In this document: positions 24,987-38,099 of the stretch, in pieces
How positions within the stretch are numbered: position 1 is the stretch's first letter
Layout: every line of letters starts with the position of its first letter
Assembly (NCBI GenBank): GCA_036172245.1
Contig: JAYWIR010000011.1
Location: 3,906,001-3,970,000, forward strand
DNA length: 64,000 bases
Direction: 5' to 3'
From: Raillietiella orientalis
Taxonomy: Eukaryota
The notes under the pieces: model-generated
The model's database searches: none
Seen by the model: only the letters and a program-made list of their open reading frames with translations
Told to the model about the DNA's origin: nothing
Position numbers and translations under genes: made by a program

Positions 24987-26184
24987 TTTCAAGAACTTCC
25001 GAGCGGGCCTAAGGATCCAATGCACCTCCGAGTGACGGCCGCCCCAGTCGCTTACAGGGGCACGTTCGCGAGAGGTGCAGCGGCTGCGAATTTCAGAGAG
25101 CATCCGACGGTGCTTTCGTTCCCTTCCGCCAAGGCTGCAGACATCACCGCAGGCCAAATTCATTTCTGATACGCCCCTGACCTCTTCGACCGAGGAGGAA
25201 CCGTCGAAGAGTTCGTGAGGGTTTCAGAGGGGGTCTACGTGATTCGGTGTGGGGTGAATCCAATTTTGGGTTGCGACGCTCGTCGGATCACACCGAAGCT
25301 GTCCGTTGTCATTGGCAGCGGAACGGTGGCCGTGGAAGCCGGAATCCTCTGAGGAGTGCGCAGCGACCACCTGCCTTAGCAACCGGCTATGCAGCCGAAT
25401 GCCTGCGTCTCAGCGTCGAACCTGGAACCGACTGCCGGAACGGAGCCGTTGCCGACCTTCCGGCGCCGGAAGGCGGCACGCTGCAAGGCGACCAGGAGGA
25501 TCGCGACGGTGAGAGCGTCTCCTACTCGCTCTGGGACCTCTGTCTGCGCGCATCTCGGCAAAAAAGCAGCAACTCCTCCATTGAGAGGGGCCACAGGTCC
25601 GATGCGGAGAAATATACCAGCCTCTGGGCATCATAATATCGATCCGAAGTCTCGGGAGAACCCCCCCTTAGAAAAAAAACCGAGCGAGCGGAGACGCCGT
25701 CGCCTGGCAGCACGTTCTCGGGTGATCCCATGCTTCCCAGATCGTCAGCACTCCCTCTCCTGCCTGCGCACAGCCGCCTCGAATCGGTGCGGGAATGCAC
25801 ATTCCGGAACACCTCGGTAGTCGGGGGGAATGGGCATCCGTGCGGCTCGCCTCGACGCGCGCCTCGGGGGCGGTGACTCTACACGATGCGCCGCGGCCTC
25901 GAGCGCAGCCTCATCCGCAGCTCGACGATAGGAAGCACAAGAGGATGCACCTGACGCTCCTGCTGCGTCGAAGGGCCGGACTTCCGAAAACCCGGGACCA
26001 CTTCCCGGTTTGCCGGATGGCGAGTCGCGGGACGGCGCTCTGAATCGAGGAGGCTCGCAAGCCGCAACGAGGTCTGCGGGATGGAGCTCTGAGGACAGGG
26101 GATCGGCGCGTTTCCGAAATGCGGACGTTTGACTCGAGGAAGCGGGTCAGCATGGACCTCAGGTCCAAAGGGGCTGATTTCCTT
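24987..26184 (+). repeat. Left arm of a 1,198-bp near-identical inverted repeat
   Basis: Reverse complement of 34284-35481. Paired coordinates sum to 60468 throughout (no indels; confirmed by mirrored ORFs 25247..25636+ / 34832..35221-). I found 5 substitutions by eye. Confidence 0.97.
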
Positions 26185-26993
26185 GAAGCCCTCTGCCGAG
26201 CGATCGGATTCCGCATGGTCGCTCCGAAGTGTCGACTCGAGAGCGTAGGCACACGAGGTAGAGGAAGCCGGTTGCTACGCAGCATCCAGCGTTCAAGATG
26301 AACTGCCGCCGGCTGGCAGGCCGACCAAGTAGAAAGATCGGGATCGTCGGTGGAAGGAAGAAGCAAGGATAAATAATCCAATGAATAAGTAAGGGAAATC
26401 GGGAGGATGAGACATCCGTCAAGTGCTGTGCGTGTGATCTGCAGCTGTCGAGGGTTGCGGACCGTGTTCCCTGCTTCGAGAACGGAGCCACTCCCATCCC
26501 CATTACGGCGGAAGTGAGATGTGATGCCTCCTGCTGTGCCGGCGGAGTTTCGATACCGTTCGGGATGCCTACTGTCTTCCTGGAGCAACAGAGCAGCGAC
26601 GACCGCGGCGTCAGGAGCGAGCGAGGGGAAGACGCATCTCACACCATTGCGGACCTCCGCAGCACAAGGAGGCGCCTATCGTGGAACTTTGGAAGCGAAA
26701 AAGACAAACAAAAAACAAAAAAAAGCAGCGCGAATTTCGTCGCTCGCCGCCGAGCGGCGCGTGAGGAAACTGCCGTGAATCTTGAGGATGCTGTCCAGAG
26801 GCGCGGCCCCTGGCACCCAAGGGTGAACCCAAGAGCATTGATAGCCAGCTTTCGGGAGATATCTTCCTGCATGAGGTGAAGTCCTCCGTGCTCGCTCCAC
26901 ATCTTTCTTCCTCAACGGCCTGACACCCCACCGGGATTGCAAGCAGCCCTTTCCCTTCCTTCATCCAAAATTCAAAGCAAGTGCGCAGGCGTG

Positions 26994-27092
26994 CGTGTGT
27001 GTCAGGGGACCAGGGAGGAGGCCAGCAGCATCCACTCTCTTCTTCCTTTTGCTGTCCGGAGGAACAAACACTGCTGCCACCTCTGAGCTGAC
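26994..27092 (-). repeat. ~100-bp direct repeat with 30262-30360 (I/R1-like ORF2 segment)
   Basis: Shared identical 28-mer CAAACACTGCTGCCACCTCTGAGCTGAC. Minus frame QRWQQCLFLRTAKGR resembles WQxxW....KGR. Confidence 0.7.
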
Positions 27093-27899
27093 TGCCGCTC
27101 AGGGAGAAGCCGTTCCTGCTTTTCGGATTCTCGTCGTTTCAATGTCTGCACGCATCTTCCGACGTCCTCAAAGCGATGCTTCATTCCCGACAAGGTTGCT
27201 GGCAGCTCTGTAGATGCGGAGTGTACTGTGCCGCGAGCCCACAGAATGAACTCGCTTCGTTCTTCTCGCGAAAACAGATCCACGAGGACGGCGGTTCGCC
27301 TCGGGGGGGAACACTTCCCTCTTTGTAGGTTGCGGTACCCTGGCTCTTTCCCTAAAGCACTTCTCGGAGCGCGCAATTCCTGAAGGTGACGCCCGGATTC
27401 GAGAAGCTGGCTGGGATTGAACCTTCGGAAGATGCCACAGCAAACTGATCAAGAGTTGCGGTGGTCCGATATAACCCGAAAGAAAAGGCTGGCGTTTTAA
27501 GAGGTGGTTTAAGGGATCCAGGATTTTCCCTCATAAGATCCAGGACTTTTTTTTTTCCTGCATTTCCCCAGATATTCCTTCCTCTTTTGTTCCTCTCTCT
27601 GTTTGCTTAATTCATCCTGTTCTTCCGAATGGTAATGGCTGTTGATATTCCACTTCCCTCTCAGCGTTTTCCCCTCTCATCTTCGTTTGCTCTCCCGCCG
27701 TACCATAAATTAGATCAAGGGATCCAGAGGTGGATCGGATTTCAAGAAGCACCGGAGGTCTCTGGAGTCCGGGAAGCATCCGGCAAGACTCCTTTCTCTG
27801 CACGCCTTCCCGCGTGCACGCAGGGAGGGAGGAGACGAGCGGGCGTAAGTGGTGAAGGGAGATAAATTCGTGTTCCCGGTAGCGGAGGGGGAGTGGGGG

Positions 27900-28700
27900 A
27901 CCGCACGCCCATCAGGGCTGGAGCGCTTCCGGAGGATTCCAACAGGTAATCTGGAGATCCTCGAAGATTGATTTAAGGGGAAGGAAGGAACTTTTGTTTT
28001 CTGCGATCGAGGGGTGCCCTCGGGTTTTGCCGCTCGGGGACGTCCCTCGTGGGGATGATGAGTATTTAATGAAGTGTGATGCGCGGGACTCAGCGCCTAC
28101 GATTCCCGTCCTGGAAGATTACGCCATCCGTAATCCCTCCACAGTAGGATGCGATGTTTATGGTCTGCAATTTTTCTGTTCTTCCCTTCCCCTGCAGATA
28201 TCCCTCGGAGATGTGTCGGAGGCGGCGGCCTATCTGGGTAGTTCAGGAATGTCCCGCCTCCCACCTGAGGAGCCACCTTCCCTCTCTGCGCCCCTGCGTG
28301 GCTGGAGAGGAAGTCCCGGCGGGTAGAGAGGCGCGGGAAGACGAGGGGGGGTTGGGAGTAGTCGGCAACGGAGGACGCGCACTGGCCCCATCTGTGCTGA
28401 CCATCGGACCTACAGCCCATGCGTCCTCGAGGCTGAGGGAACCGGGAAACTCCGCCCTCGTGAGTCCTGACGGCACTCCCAGTTTCTCTCAGGTGGCGCG
28501 CGCTGGCGGCGGTCGAGCAGCGTGGGGTAACCTGAGACCCCCTTCTTGCGCCCTGTTGCGAGAGATAGGTGCTAGCGAGACCAATCGGGACCAATGTATA
28601 GGCGCGGCGGGTGGGTTCTTGTCCTTTCCTATGAACCGTGCGAAATCCCCTAAATCGTGTACGCTCTGTACAAGTCTGTTATGGTGTACACAATTTTTCA
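27900..28700 (-). mobile_element. I/Jockey-like RT fragment
   Basis: IGKDKNPPAAPIHWSRLVSL (K.GK.P..P.SYRPISL-like), then LPGRES*ALSP (GVPQGS.LSP-like). Confidence 0.5.
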
Positions 28701-31700
28701 AAACGGTTCTCTGAGTTCGCCAGGAGCATCAGTGCCCTCTCTTTATCGAGAATACCACATGGCGCAAAAAGAAAAAACTAAACAAAGAAATTGTGCATGT
28801 ACGTCAACATACATGTATACACACATGAATTCCCATATGGGCAGAAATCTACTAATAAATATGCGTATTCACAGATGTGTATTTGCGTGGGTAATGGAAT
28901 CTTCGTTCACGATGGCCGCTCGTTCCACGTATCTCGACTTCCATAGGTGATCCGTCCCAAGGTGCGTCACGATGGCAAGGATCATTGAATTATCTTCTTA
29001 TCTGCAGGGGCAGCAGCGAGCTAACCGTCTAACCTGTTATCGTGTGTTCTCGAAAGATCTGCAAGCAACAAATAAAGAACGCCCTAAGAATGCTTCGTGA
29101 CTCCACGTTTTCATCGGGCGGCGCTTCCAGATTTCTTCATGCCGAGCCGTGGCAGTAATGGAAGCGCTTGCTACCACCTTGGGAGAACCTTCAAGAGCAA
29201 AAGTTACGAAAGTGATGGCAGGAGAACTTTGAAAGCTTGCATCCCTATTGGTTGATGGGCGTGACGTAAGCCTGACGCACTTCGTAACTGCACCTGCCGT
29301 TAACACTCACGTAATCCTGGGTCCCTCAGCCACCTTTCGTCGTATCTTCAGTCCCTGGCGATAAGACGGTCTCCATCGCTCCTTTAAGGTCAGGAAACAG
29401 CTCTATGAAGGCCGAAGGAGAGGAGGAGGGTATAAGTGAAGAGAAGCACATCCGAACCTGCGAAAACAGACACCATCGAGGCGCAAGCATCGCGACAACA
29501 CGTGTACTTAATGCACATGAAAGAAGATTCACAGTCTTCCCATGTTCGAGGAAAGGATGGCTCCAATAAGCTCCAACGGCGTAAATGCCAGCGGCTAAGG
29601 GGAAGGAGGTACGGATGCGGGTGTTTCAGGAGACAAACGTCGATTCTGCGCAATCCCGCTGGAACGAAAACTGATAGAAGCAGCGACAAAGTGGAGGAAG
29701 AGGGCACTGCTACGAGGCAGGAAAGCAAGTCCTCGCTTTCTTCTTCCTTCCATGCTATCCATCCGACAGAAGAGATGACGGGAAAGGCAGAGGAACGCTC
29801 TCTGAGTGGAGGGACTCGAAAACAATGGTTTCCGGACCCAAGTCATCTCGCATCCGCAGCTCCTAGTCACTCGGGAATTGGGAAGGAACGGGGAGGGGCT
29901 AATTTGTCCCAAAGGGAAGACGCTGCAGTCCAGTATCCGACGTGATTCCGCGACGACGCCTACCGCGCTGGAGTGCCTCCTCTGAAGGACTTCCAAGAGC
30001 ATCGAAACGCCGGAGGTTCAGACGCAGTCGCCATCCTCCGCGCCGCCTCGGTTTCGGTGGAGCGGTCGTATTCGCGAATGTTCTGCGTGCCTGAGCTGCT
30101 GTCCCCCTCCTGTGCCAGGAAATCTCCGCATTCCATCCTGAGCTCGTCTTCCACGCAGGAGGGCTTGAGTGCTCCAGGAATAGAGCGAGACGCCGTGACG
30201 CCCTTCCCCAAAGCGACCATGCAGAGAGGTGCACCTCCGTGGTCCTCCTGCGGATTGGCTACGTGTGTGTCAGGGAATCGGGGAAAAGGCTAGCAGCATT
30301 ACCTCTCTTCTTCCTTTTTCTGTCTTGAGAGGCAAACACTGCTGCCACCTCTGAGCTGACAGTTCGTCCCAACGCTCAGCTTCATCCTGTCCAGCATCCG
30401 GGCGGAGCATTTCGACAACACGTGGGCCTCAGCAGGGTTCTGGAAATTCTTTCTTCCCCCGTTTCCTTCTGGACCGCTTCCCGGAGCATCCAGTTGCTCC
30501 TTTCCTCTCCCTGGCCGAACCCTCCGGGCAAGACTGGACCGAGTTTGCGGAGTGCCTTGGCAACTCCTCCTCGCCTCTCGGGAGGGGAGGGGGTTTCCTT
30601 CCTCTCGGCCGGATCGAGGGCGGCTGGAAAGCCAAGCTCCGGGATCCTCGCCCGCCACAACCCTTCAAACGATGAAGGAAGCCCCATCATCCCATCGACG
30701 GGGGGATTTACTCGAGGGTCTTCGAGGGGCAGATACAACCACAAGAATTGAGCAGAAGCAAGATCGCCCGGAAGATCCCTTTCCCCACCCTCCCTCTCCC
30801 TACGATATTAGCTGTGCTCCCTCCCGGCCTCCCCGGGGATCACGCTGCGGGGCTCGCTGCTTGGCAACGCACCTTGGGAGAGCGGGAAGGAGGAGAGCGA
30901 GGGAGCCGATGGACTCCTGGGCTTTCGCGCGGGAACCGTGCGGTGCGTATCCAGGGACAGCACCGCTCCCTCTGCGATGTCCGCCTTCTGGGTCGCAGGC
31001 TCTTCAGCACATGGGCGAAGTGGGGGAGCGTCTGGCCTTTCCCGGCTCCCACCCGTCCGCCCCAGCAGAGCAAGGGGCGACGTTCCTTGGAACCGTATTG
31101 GTTTCGGAGGAGGTGGGGGGGCCAATTTCCTGCCGAGGGCAGGAGAGCGTGTCTCCTTCCGGAATATAGAGGCATCCATAAGCTCCCAACCCCTCTAATG
31201 TTTGCACTTCCACTCATCGAGAGGAATCGCCGCTGTGCGTTGCAGGAGGCTGCTGCTGCACGAGGGCGAGTAAGATGGCGGTGGCGATGGTGAGGAATTG
31301 AAGGAAGGGAGGAAGCTGGGAAGGTGAAGGGAGGGAGGAAGGGAGCAAAGGGGGGTGGGAGGAACAGGGGCTGATTGATCCCCCTCCCATTTCCACTCAT
31401 CTATCCCGCCACTTCTCTGGACCACTCCGGACTTGAGCGCAGCAGTCCCCGACGCGGCTCTCGTCTCCTGGAAGAAAGGGGGAGCAGAAAAAGGCACCAT
31501 CCGAGCGCGCTCATGGATCACTGGGGCTGTGACACCTGCTCTCGAGACGACGTCGAGGGATCGCTTCAGCCCCCATCCACGCCCCCCCATCTTTTACCTC
31601 CTGTCCAGTGAGAGCGGCGTAGGGAAGGAGACTCCAGGGATGGGGCTCAGGGCGGATGGCTGGTGGCTGGACCCGGGCATCCTCAGATCCGGCCTGAGCC

Positions 31701-32299
31701 CAGGCATCTTTGGAACAAGGGTAAGGGCAAAGGAGAGGTAAGAGAAGCGCATCGACGCCCGTCTGCGTGGATTCAAGCGACACCTCAGCATGCTCCTTGT
31801 CGCCGCGGAGGGGGGAGCGGAAGAGCCAGGCAGGGAGACTCTCGCTCGGCCCTTCGGAGCCGGTTGAATGGGACGCGCGCACCCGAAGGGAAGGCTCGAG
31901 GCCTTCCGCCCTCCTCTGAGCACTCGTTGCCGTGGAGACGAGGAGTTTCGGACGCCCTCTTCCAACTTGTTTCCTCCTCCTCCCCCCTACGAATCCCGGG
32001 AAATGGCTGTGCACTTCCGCTCTTCCCACTTCTCACCCTCGCTCTCATTCTCCAGCTCCCTCCCGGACGGGGAGGGTGGGGTGTCGCACCTGGCGACAGT
32101 AGTCCAGGGAGGAAAATCTTCCGGTCCGACCCCAGGAAACCCGTGGATTCCTGCCCGCCTCTCTTCCCGAGTTCCTTCCAGTTTCCCGCCTGGCGTCTGG
32201 GAGGGGCGCCGCGGTCCGCGACGTGAACTCTGTGCCAGGTGATGTCATGCCCAGCCTCAGAAGGCTGGACATGACATCACCTGGCACAGAGGCCCTCTC

Positions 32300-33830
32300 C
32301 TCCCCATAGTGGATAGAAATGGCAGCTGCTGAGGCCTTCGTCACCCCGTGGTTTGGGAGGAAAATCTTCGAAGTCGACGGAAACAGCCTGGTAGCTGAAG
32401 GCAGTCTCGAGCGTCAGCGCGAAAGGACGGTTAAAGCTGGAGAAACCATCAAGGATGTCCTTGGGAGCACCAGCGGTTCCCCTTCCATTTCCAGCTTGTG
32501 CATGGGCGTTCCGTGATAGGAGGATGGCAGCACACGCGGATCAGCTTCCTCGCCTAGATCCCCAGTGGGGCCAGCGTCGACTCCTGTGGAACAGCAAGAA
32601 GGCCTTGCCCCAGGATGTCATGCTCTCTCGGACCTAGAGATCGTTTCCGGATCTCCTGCTGCATGCTGGTGTTCCTGGAAACAGTTGCCTCGAGGCAACT
32701 CTGCTGCCTCAGGGCACTGCTGCAGAGTCTCTTACGTCAAAGACTAAACTTCTTCCCGCCGCAGTGACCAGAACATCTTGCTGCCTTCGCGACGGTGTGG
32801 TATCGGCTCGATGCCCCGTTGGAGGGGCGCCAGCAACACCAGAAAGCCAGCTGCTCACTGCCTCCGCGCTCAAAAAGAGCAGCCCTGAGATTTCCTTGGC
32901 TCTGAGTGAAGGAGGACTTCTCCAGAACGACATACAGCCTGTGGTGCGGCAATCCGTCGTCGTCCTTTCTTATTCTTATTTGCTCTAATGTACCGCTGTG
33001 GTCTTCGACGCAGGAGACCCGAAATCCAGCTGCTCTGCCCCGCACTATCCAATTGGGCTTCTCCCGCACCCTGATCGCAGGGGCGATGGAGACTCCCTAG
33101 AAGACGGTCGCCGAGTCCTCTGAATGACTGGAGCTTGCAAGCACGCGAGCACAAGGCCGGTTTCTTAGGGTGCCACTCCTCGGCCTTACCCTCAAGAGAG
33201 AGGACAACTCCTCCCTCCACCGTGTGTGGACAGCTCCGTGATCCTCCTCTAGTGGAAGCGGGCCACTGCGCTAATTGATAAGGGGAAGATGGTTCCCCCG
33301 GGTGGCTCCGGATGAGGCGGGATGGGATCATCCTTGCATCCGGCGCAGCTTCTGCATTTCCGTGCTCCTCTCCTCAGATGGGCGGACGCGAGTGATCTGA
33401 GGACTTTGAAACGTGAGCTGAGGGTCTCACTCGAAGAACTTGCTCCCCCCCATCCCCGATGCACCTCTTCGGCTCCAACCGCCGCCACCCTGTGGCCTGC
33501 GTTTCCAGCACTCGCTGCAGCCCGCAAGCACCGGGCAGGAAGGACACCATGCCATGGCGGCCCAGCATCCGCCTTGCTACGAGGATCGAGGAAACAGCTG
33601 GCCCGCCTGACACGGCGATCGCCTGCATCTCGCGCGAGCTCTCCAGAGAGCAGTCAGCAGCAGCCTGGTGGCACCCATCTCGTTCACGCCGATCATTTCT
33701 CCCACATTTATTCCTGGACCCTGCCCTTCTGTCTCGCCAATGTCCGATTGCGCCGCGAGCGGGAGGCGAGCAAGGAAGCCGGGGGAAAGCCGGTTTCCTT
33801 GCTCACGCGCGAAGCGCGTCTCCCTCGTAA
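32300..33830 (+). mobile_element. I/Jockey-like RT-thumb fragment followed by an APE fragment
   Basis: ETIKDVLG (KYLG-like), LICSNVPLWSSTQET..RTLIAGAMETP (thumb, ITGAxxTTP-like), LFGSNRRHP (GDFNARHP-like). Confidence 0.5.
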
Positions 33831-34283
33831 ACAAAGCGCCTTCGTTGCCAAGCAGCCTCCACACGGAAACAAATATAGATTTGTGCACAGGGACTCGTGC
33901 AGGCACGAAACATTTTGACGCGCGGAAGCTCTCGTGCGCTCACAGACACACATTGCACATTTCAGCAAACGAGCCGGAGCCAGCGCGAAGCGGTTCAAAA
34001 ATCTTGCGAGATGTCACGGCGAACAGGCGACACGGCGTCGTGTGACCTCGTCCCGGCGCGAAGGGTGATCCCATTCGCCGTGGAAATAAACAAGGAGAAT
34101 GACGAGGGGGTCGGGAACCCGACGTGGGAAGGAAGAGGTGCGGGCGCGGAGTCCGCTTTGCTGGCAGCAGTGGCGCCCTCGCACGGCCAACGTCTTCTGC
34201 AGAGGAACCCGGTCGCTCTGCAGCGGGCACGCCTTCAGAGCTCCATCCCCGGTGCGCTGCCAGATCTCACGCGACAGCACCTT

Positions 34284-35481
34284 AAGGAAATCAGCCCCTT
34301 TGGACCTGAGGTCCATGCTGACCCGCTTCCTCGAGTCAAACGTCCGCATTTCGGAAACGCGCCGATCCCCTGTCCTCAGAGCTCCATCCCGCAGACCTCG
34401 TTGCGGCTTGCGAGCCTCCTCGATTCAGAGCGCCGTCCCGCGACTCGCCATCCGGCAAACCGGGAAGTGGTCCCGGGTTTTCGGAAGTCCGGCCCTTCGA
34501 CGCAGCAGGAGCGTCAGGTGCATCCTCTTGTGCTTCCTATCGTCGAGCTGCGGATGAGGCTGCGCTCGAGGCCGCGGCGCATCGTGTAGAGTCACCGCCC
34601 CCGAGGCGCGCGTCGAGGCGAGCCGCACGGATGCCCATTCCCCCCGACTACCGAGGTGTTCCGGAATGTGCATTCCCGCACCGATTCGAGGCGGCTGTGC
34701 GCAGGCAGGAGAGGGAGTGCTGACGATCTGGGAAGCATGGGATCACCCGAGAACGTGCTGCCAGGCGACGGCGTCTCCGCTCGCTCGGTTTTTTTTCTAA
34801 GGGGGGGTTCTCCCGAGACTTCGGATCGATATTATGATGCCCAGAGGCTGGTATATTTCTCCGCATCGGACCTGTGGCCCCTCTCAATGGAGGAGTTGCT
34901 GCTTTTTTGCCGAGATGCGCGCAGACAGAGGTCCCAGAGCGAGTAGGAGACGCTCTCACCGTCGCGATCCTCCTGGTCGCCTTGCAGCGTGCCGCCTTCC
35001 GGCGCCGGAAGGTCGGCAACGGCTCCGTTCCGGCAGTCGGTTTTAGGTTCGACGCTGAGACGCAGGCATTCGGCTGCATAGCCGGTTGCTAAGGCAGGTG
35101 GTCGCTGCGCAATCCTCAGAGGATTCCGGCTTCCACGGCCACCGTTCCGCTGCCAATGACAACGGACAGCTTCGGTGTGATCCGACGAGCGTCGCAACCC
35201 AAAATTGGATTCACCCCACACCGAATCACGTGGACCCCCTCTGAAACCCTCACGAACTCTTCGACGGTTCCTCCTCGGTCGAAGAGGTCAGGGGCGTATC
35301 AGAAATGAATTTGGCCTGCGGTGATGTCTGCGGCCTTGGCGGAAGGGAACGAAAGCACCGTCGGATGCTCTCTGAAATTCGCAGCCGCTGCACCTCTCGC
35401 GAACGTGCCCCTGTAAGCGACTGGGGCGGCCGTCACTCGGAGGTGCATTGGATCCTTAGGCCCGCTCGGAAGTTCTTGAAA
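34284..35481 (-). repeat. Right arm of the 1,198-bp inverted repeat
   Basis: Reverse complement of 24987-26184. Plus strand carries the LINE linker remnant PLSMEELLLFCRDARRQRS. Confidence 0.97.
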
Positions 35482-36399
35482 GCGACCTTGATGCGGCGGC
35501 AGGTCAGATGGAATTCCTGTGGCAGCCAACATCTTTCTTGGGATCCGACGAGAATTCACAACGGATGGATCAAACGTGGAGAGAGTAGCCCGCATGAGAA
35601 GATTTCCCGGAGCATATCTTTGATCACCTCGCGATAAGTTCCCTCTCTGTTGTTCGTTGACATCGTCGCCTAGGTACCATCATCTGCAGAGGGAGCGCAA
35701 GGAAAAGTATAAGCTGGTGTCTCTACGGAAATCATTCCTTCGAGACGACTGAAAACTCCGATCGCATCTGGTGCCACAGGTCGATGGTCCAGTAGTCACG
35801 TTTGTTGTCGCCTTCCTGGATGAGAACGCAGCAATGACACTGGAAAGGGCACTGCTGAATGAAGAAAAAATGCAGGAATGGACTACTCCGTTCTGCCATT
35901 CAAGAGCCAGCATCGGGAAGAGGTTTGGCGACGAAAAATTTGGGACAAGAAAGTCGAGAAGGTGCTTGCAGTGCTCGGAATTCCCTGAGAAATGTCACCA
36001 AACGAAGAAGAGGATGGTGCCACCGCCCAATGCGGGAGGATGATCTGCAAGGGACGCGGACCATGATGAGCAGCCATCATTGTACTTTTCATAGGATAAG
36101 AAGCTGGTGAAGAATTCTGGGAAACTCAATCTTTGAGTTCGGAGAAGGTGGCCTTTCTAAGGAGGTTTCTTCTGTGTCGTCGCTCTGCATTTCTGAAGGA
36201 AGAAACGGAACCTTTTGGAGTCCCATCCTCCCAGAAACAGCCATCAAGTTGTCCTCCATAGCAGGACGGTGAGAATCGAGTTTCTCATTTAGTTCCCTTC
36301 CTGCAAGACCGCAGACGTCACCGCAGACCGAATTCATTTCTGATACGCCCCTGACTTCTCCGACCGAGGAGGAACCGACGAAGAATTCTCAGAGTACCG

Positions 36400-37130
36400 T
36401 GTGGTTTTCTTGCTTTGGTGGCACGGAGGTTGCAGCGACTCCATGTGGTGTCATTCCTGCGAAGTCTTCACAAAGGTTTTTGGATGTGTCCGCTGAGAGG
36501 AGGGACATCTCAAAAAGTGACCGCACTCCCGGTGGGCAACACAGTTTACCAAGAGGATCTCGAAAGATGAGATTTCTTTACATCTGGTGCAGTTTGAGGC
36601 TACCTACTTCGCCTTGCTCAATGATGCCGACAGTGTTCCGTGCGCCCGAAGCCGTGGACCGTGTGCCTAGGGCAGGTTGCGAGCTCTCTGCCTAGTCCGC
36701 AGCGGTCACATGCTGCTCCTAGGATGACCACGGAGAACAACCTGCGCAGACCTGACTTCAACTGCCGAAGTAGATAGCTGCTTAGTGTCACATGGTCATT
36801 AAGGTTAGAAGAGCACCCGGTCAACGGACTAGAAGGCGAAAGAAACGCCAGAAGCCTTGGAGGTCTAAAAAGCGTTTGAACAAGCAAGTCAGAAACCCCT
36901 CCTGGAGCTCCTGGAACGCACAGACCTCCTGCAAACTCTTCTCCTCCACGTACAAGACAGCACAAACGCTTCTTCCAGCGATCTCCAAGTGCACCTTGTG
37001 CCAGTGAGGAGGGCAGCTTGTTCTTTACTATGCTGATCAGCATCTTCTCCAAGGTGGTGCTGAACGCACACAGAAGAACAATGGGGAACCTCTATTCCAG
37101 CCATGTTAGCGAGCGACGATAACCTTTCCC
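36400..37130 (-). mobile_element. L1/Tx1-like RT core fragment
   Basis: EKMLISIVKNKL, LNDHV..SYLLRQLKSGLRRLFSVVILG (NG..RGVRQGCPLSP.LF-like). Related copy at ~38100-38520(-). Confidence 0.6.
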
Positions 37131-37699
37131 TTGCCACCCATGTCAATCCTGGCGGCGTTGCTTCAGGCTACTTCGTCCTGGGACGGACACAAGCATCAAC
37201 AGACGAGGCAGCAGGAGAGGATGGACTGCAGGACGATCACCTTGTGTTCTCAGATAGGCAGAAAAGACAGAGTAAAATCGACAAAGTGACCCTGTCAGAC
37301 CCATTTTAGTATCGAGCTGGAGCTGCAATCTGTGGGCCTGCAACCACTTCAAAAGCTCGATACGATAGTCATGCGGCCAGGATGCACCCTACGGCCTCCT
37401 GCCCCAAGGATTCGGAGAAGGCACCGGGAACAAGCATGCTCTTTCAGAGGTGCCAAGCCACTGCTGGCTTCCAGATGTAACGAGGCTCATCTCGTGCAAG
37501 GCGGAGGTCGAACGACAGGTCAGACAATACAAGAGCCGCATGTCTGCTGAAGGAACATGGCAGGGAGCGTTCGGCTTCGTCCACGAGCGGGGAAATTCAT
37601 TGGAGACTTCCACTCCTTGCTGTGCGCAAAGGCTCCTTGCGGGTGGGAGCTTGCAGAGCAGTTGCTTCCGGAGGACACTTAAGCGAGCACCCACGCTTG

Positions 37700-37990
37700 G
37701 GCATACCCTCTTCGATGGGGGAGATTGCCGCAGCTTTCGAAAAACTAAAAAAGCGTGAAGGGGAGGACGCACTACCAGCGCGATTTTTTCAAGTCTCCGC
37801 GGAAGAATTGTCCTCCTTGGTAGAAGAGCTCACGGTGCCGATCCGGGACAGGGAAGAGATGCTTTCCACCTTCCCTTCAGCTGAAGCCCGCCTCTTCCCT
37901 AAAGGGAGAGGGAACATACGCGGCTCGAGCAGCCGGTGTCCGATCGCTTTGGTGAACTCGCACATCAAGTTGAGACTGTGAGCAAGTGTC
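37700..37990 (+). mobile_element. L1/Tx1-like RT N-terminal fragment
   Basis: GEDALPARFFQ...LFPKGRGNIRGSSSRCPIALVNSHIKL corresponds to GPDGLPxEFY...LIPK.G.....WRPIxLLNxDYK. Confidence 0.75.
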
Positions 37991-38099
37991 CAGCTCCCTG
38001 CTCATTCCGGAAGTGTCGCAGACTGTTCCCCGGCAGAGGCAAGGAGTTTCGTGAGAATCACACTCTATCAAAGATCCTGATGAAGTATGATTTCACGGA

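Noticed and set aside
24987..35481. Large TIR element (Foldback, Polinton/Maverick, Mutator-like) bounded by the 1.2-kb arms
   Set aside because: No TSD. The arms are made of LINE debris and homology fades beyond the ends instead of stopping sharply. No transposase, integrase or pPolB was recognised inside.
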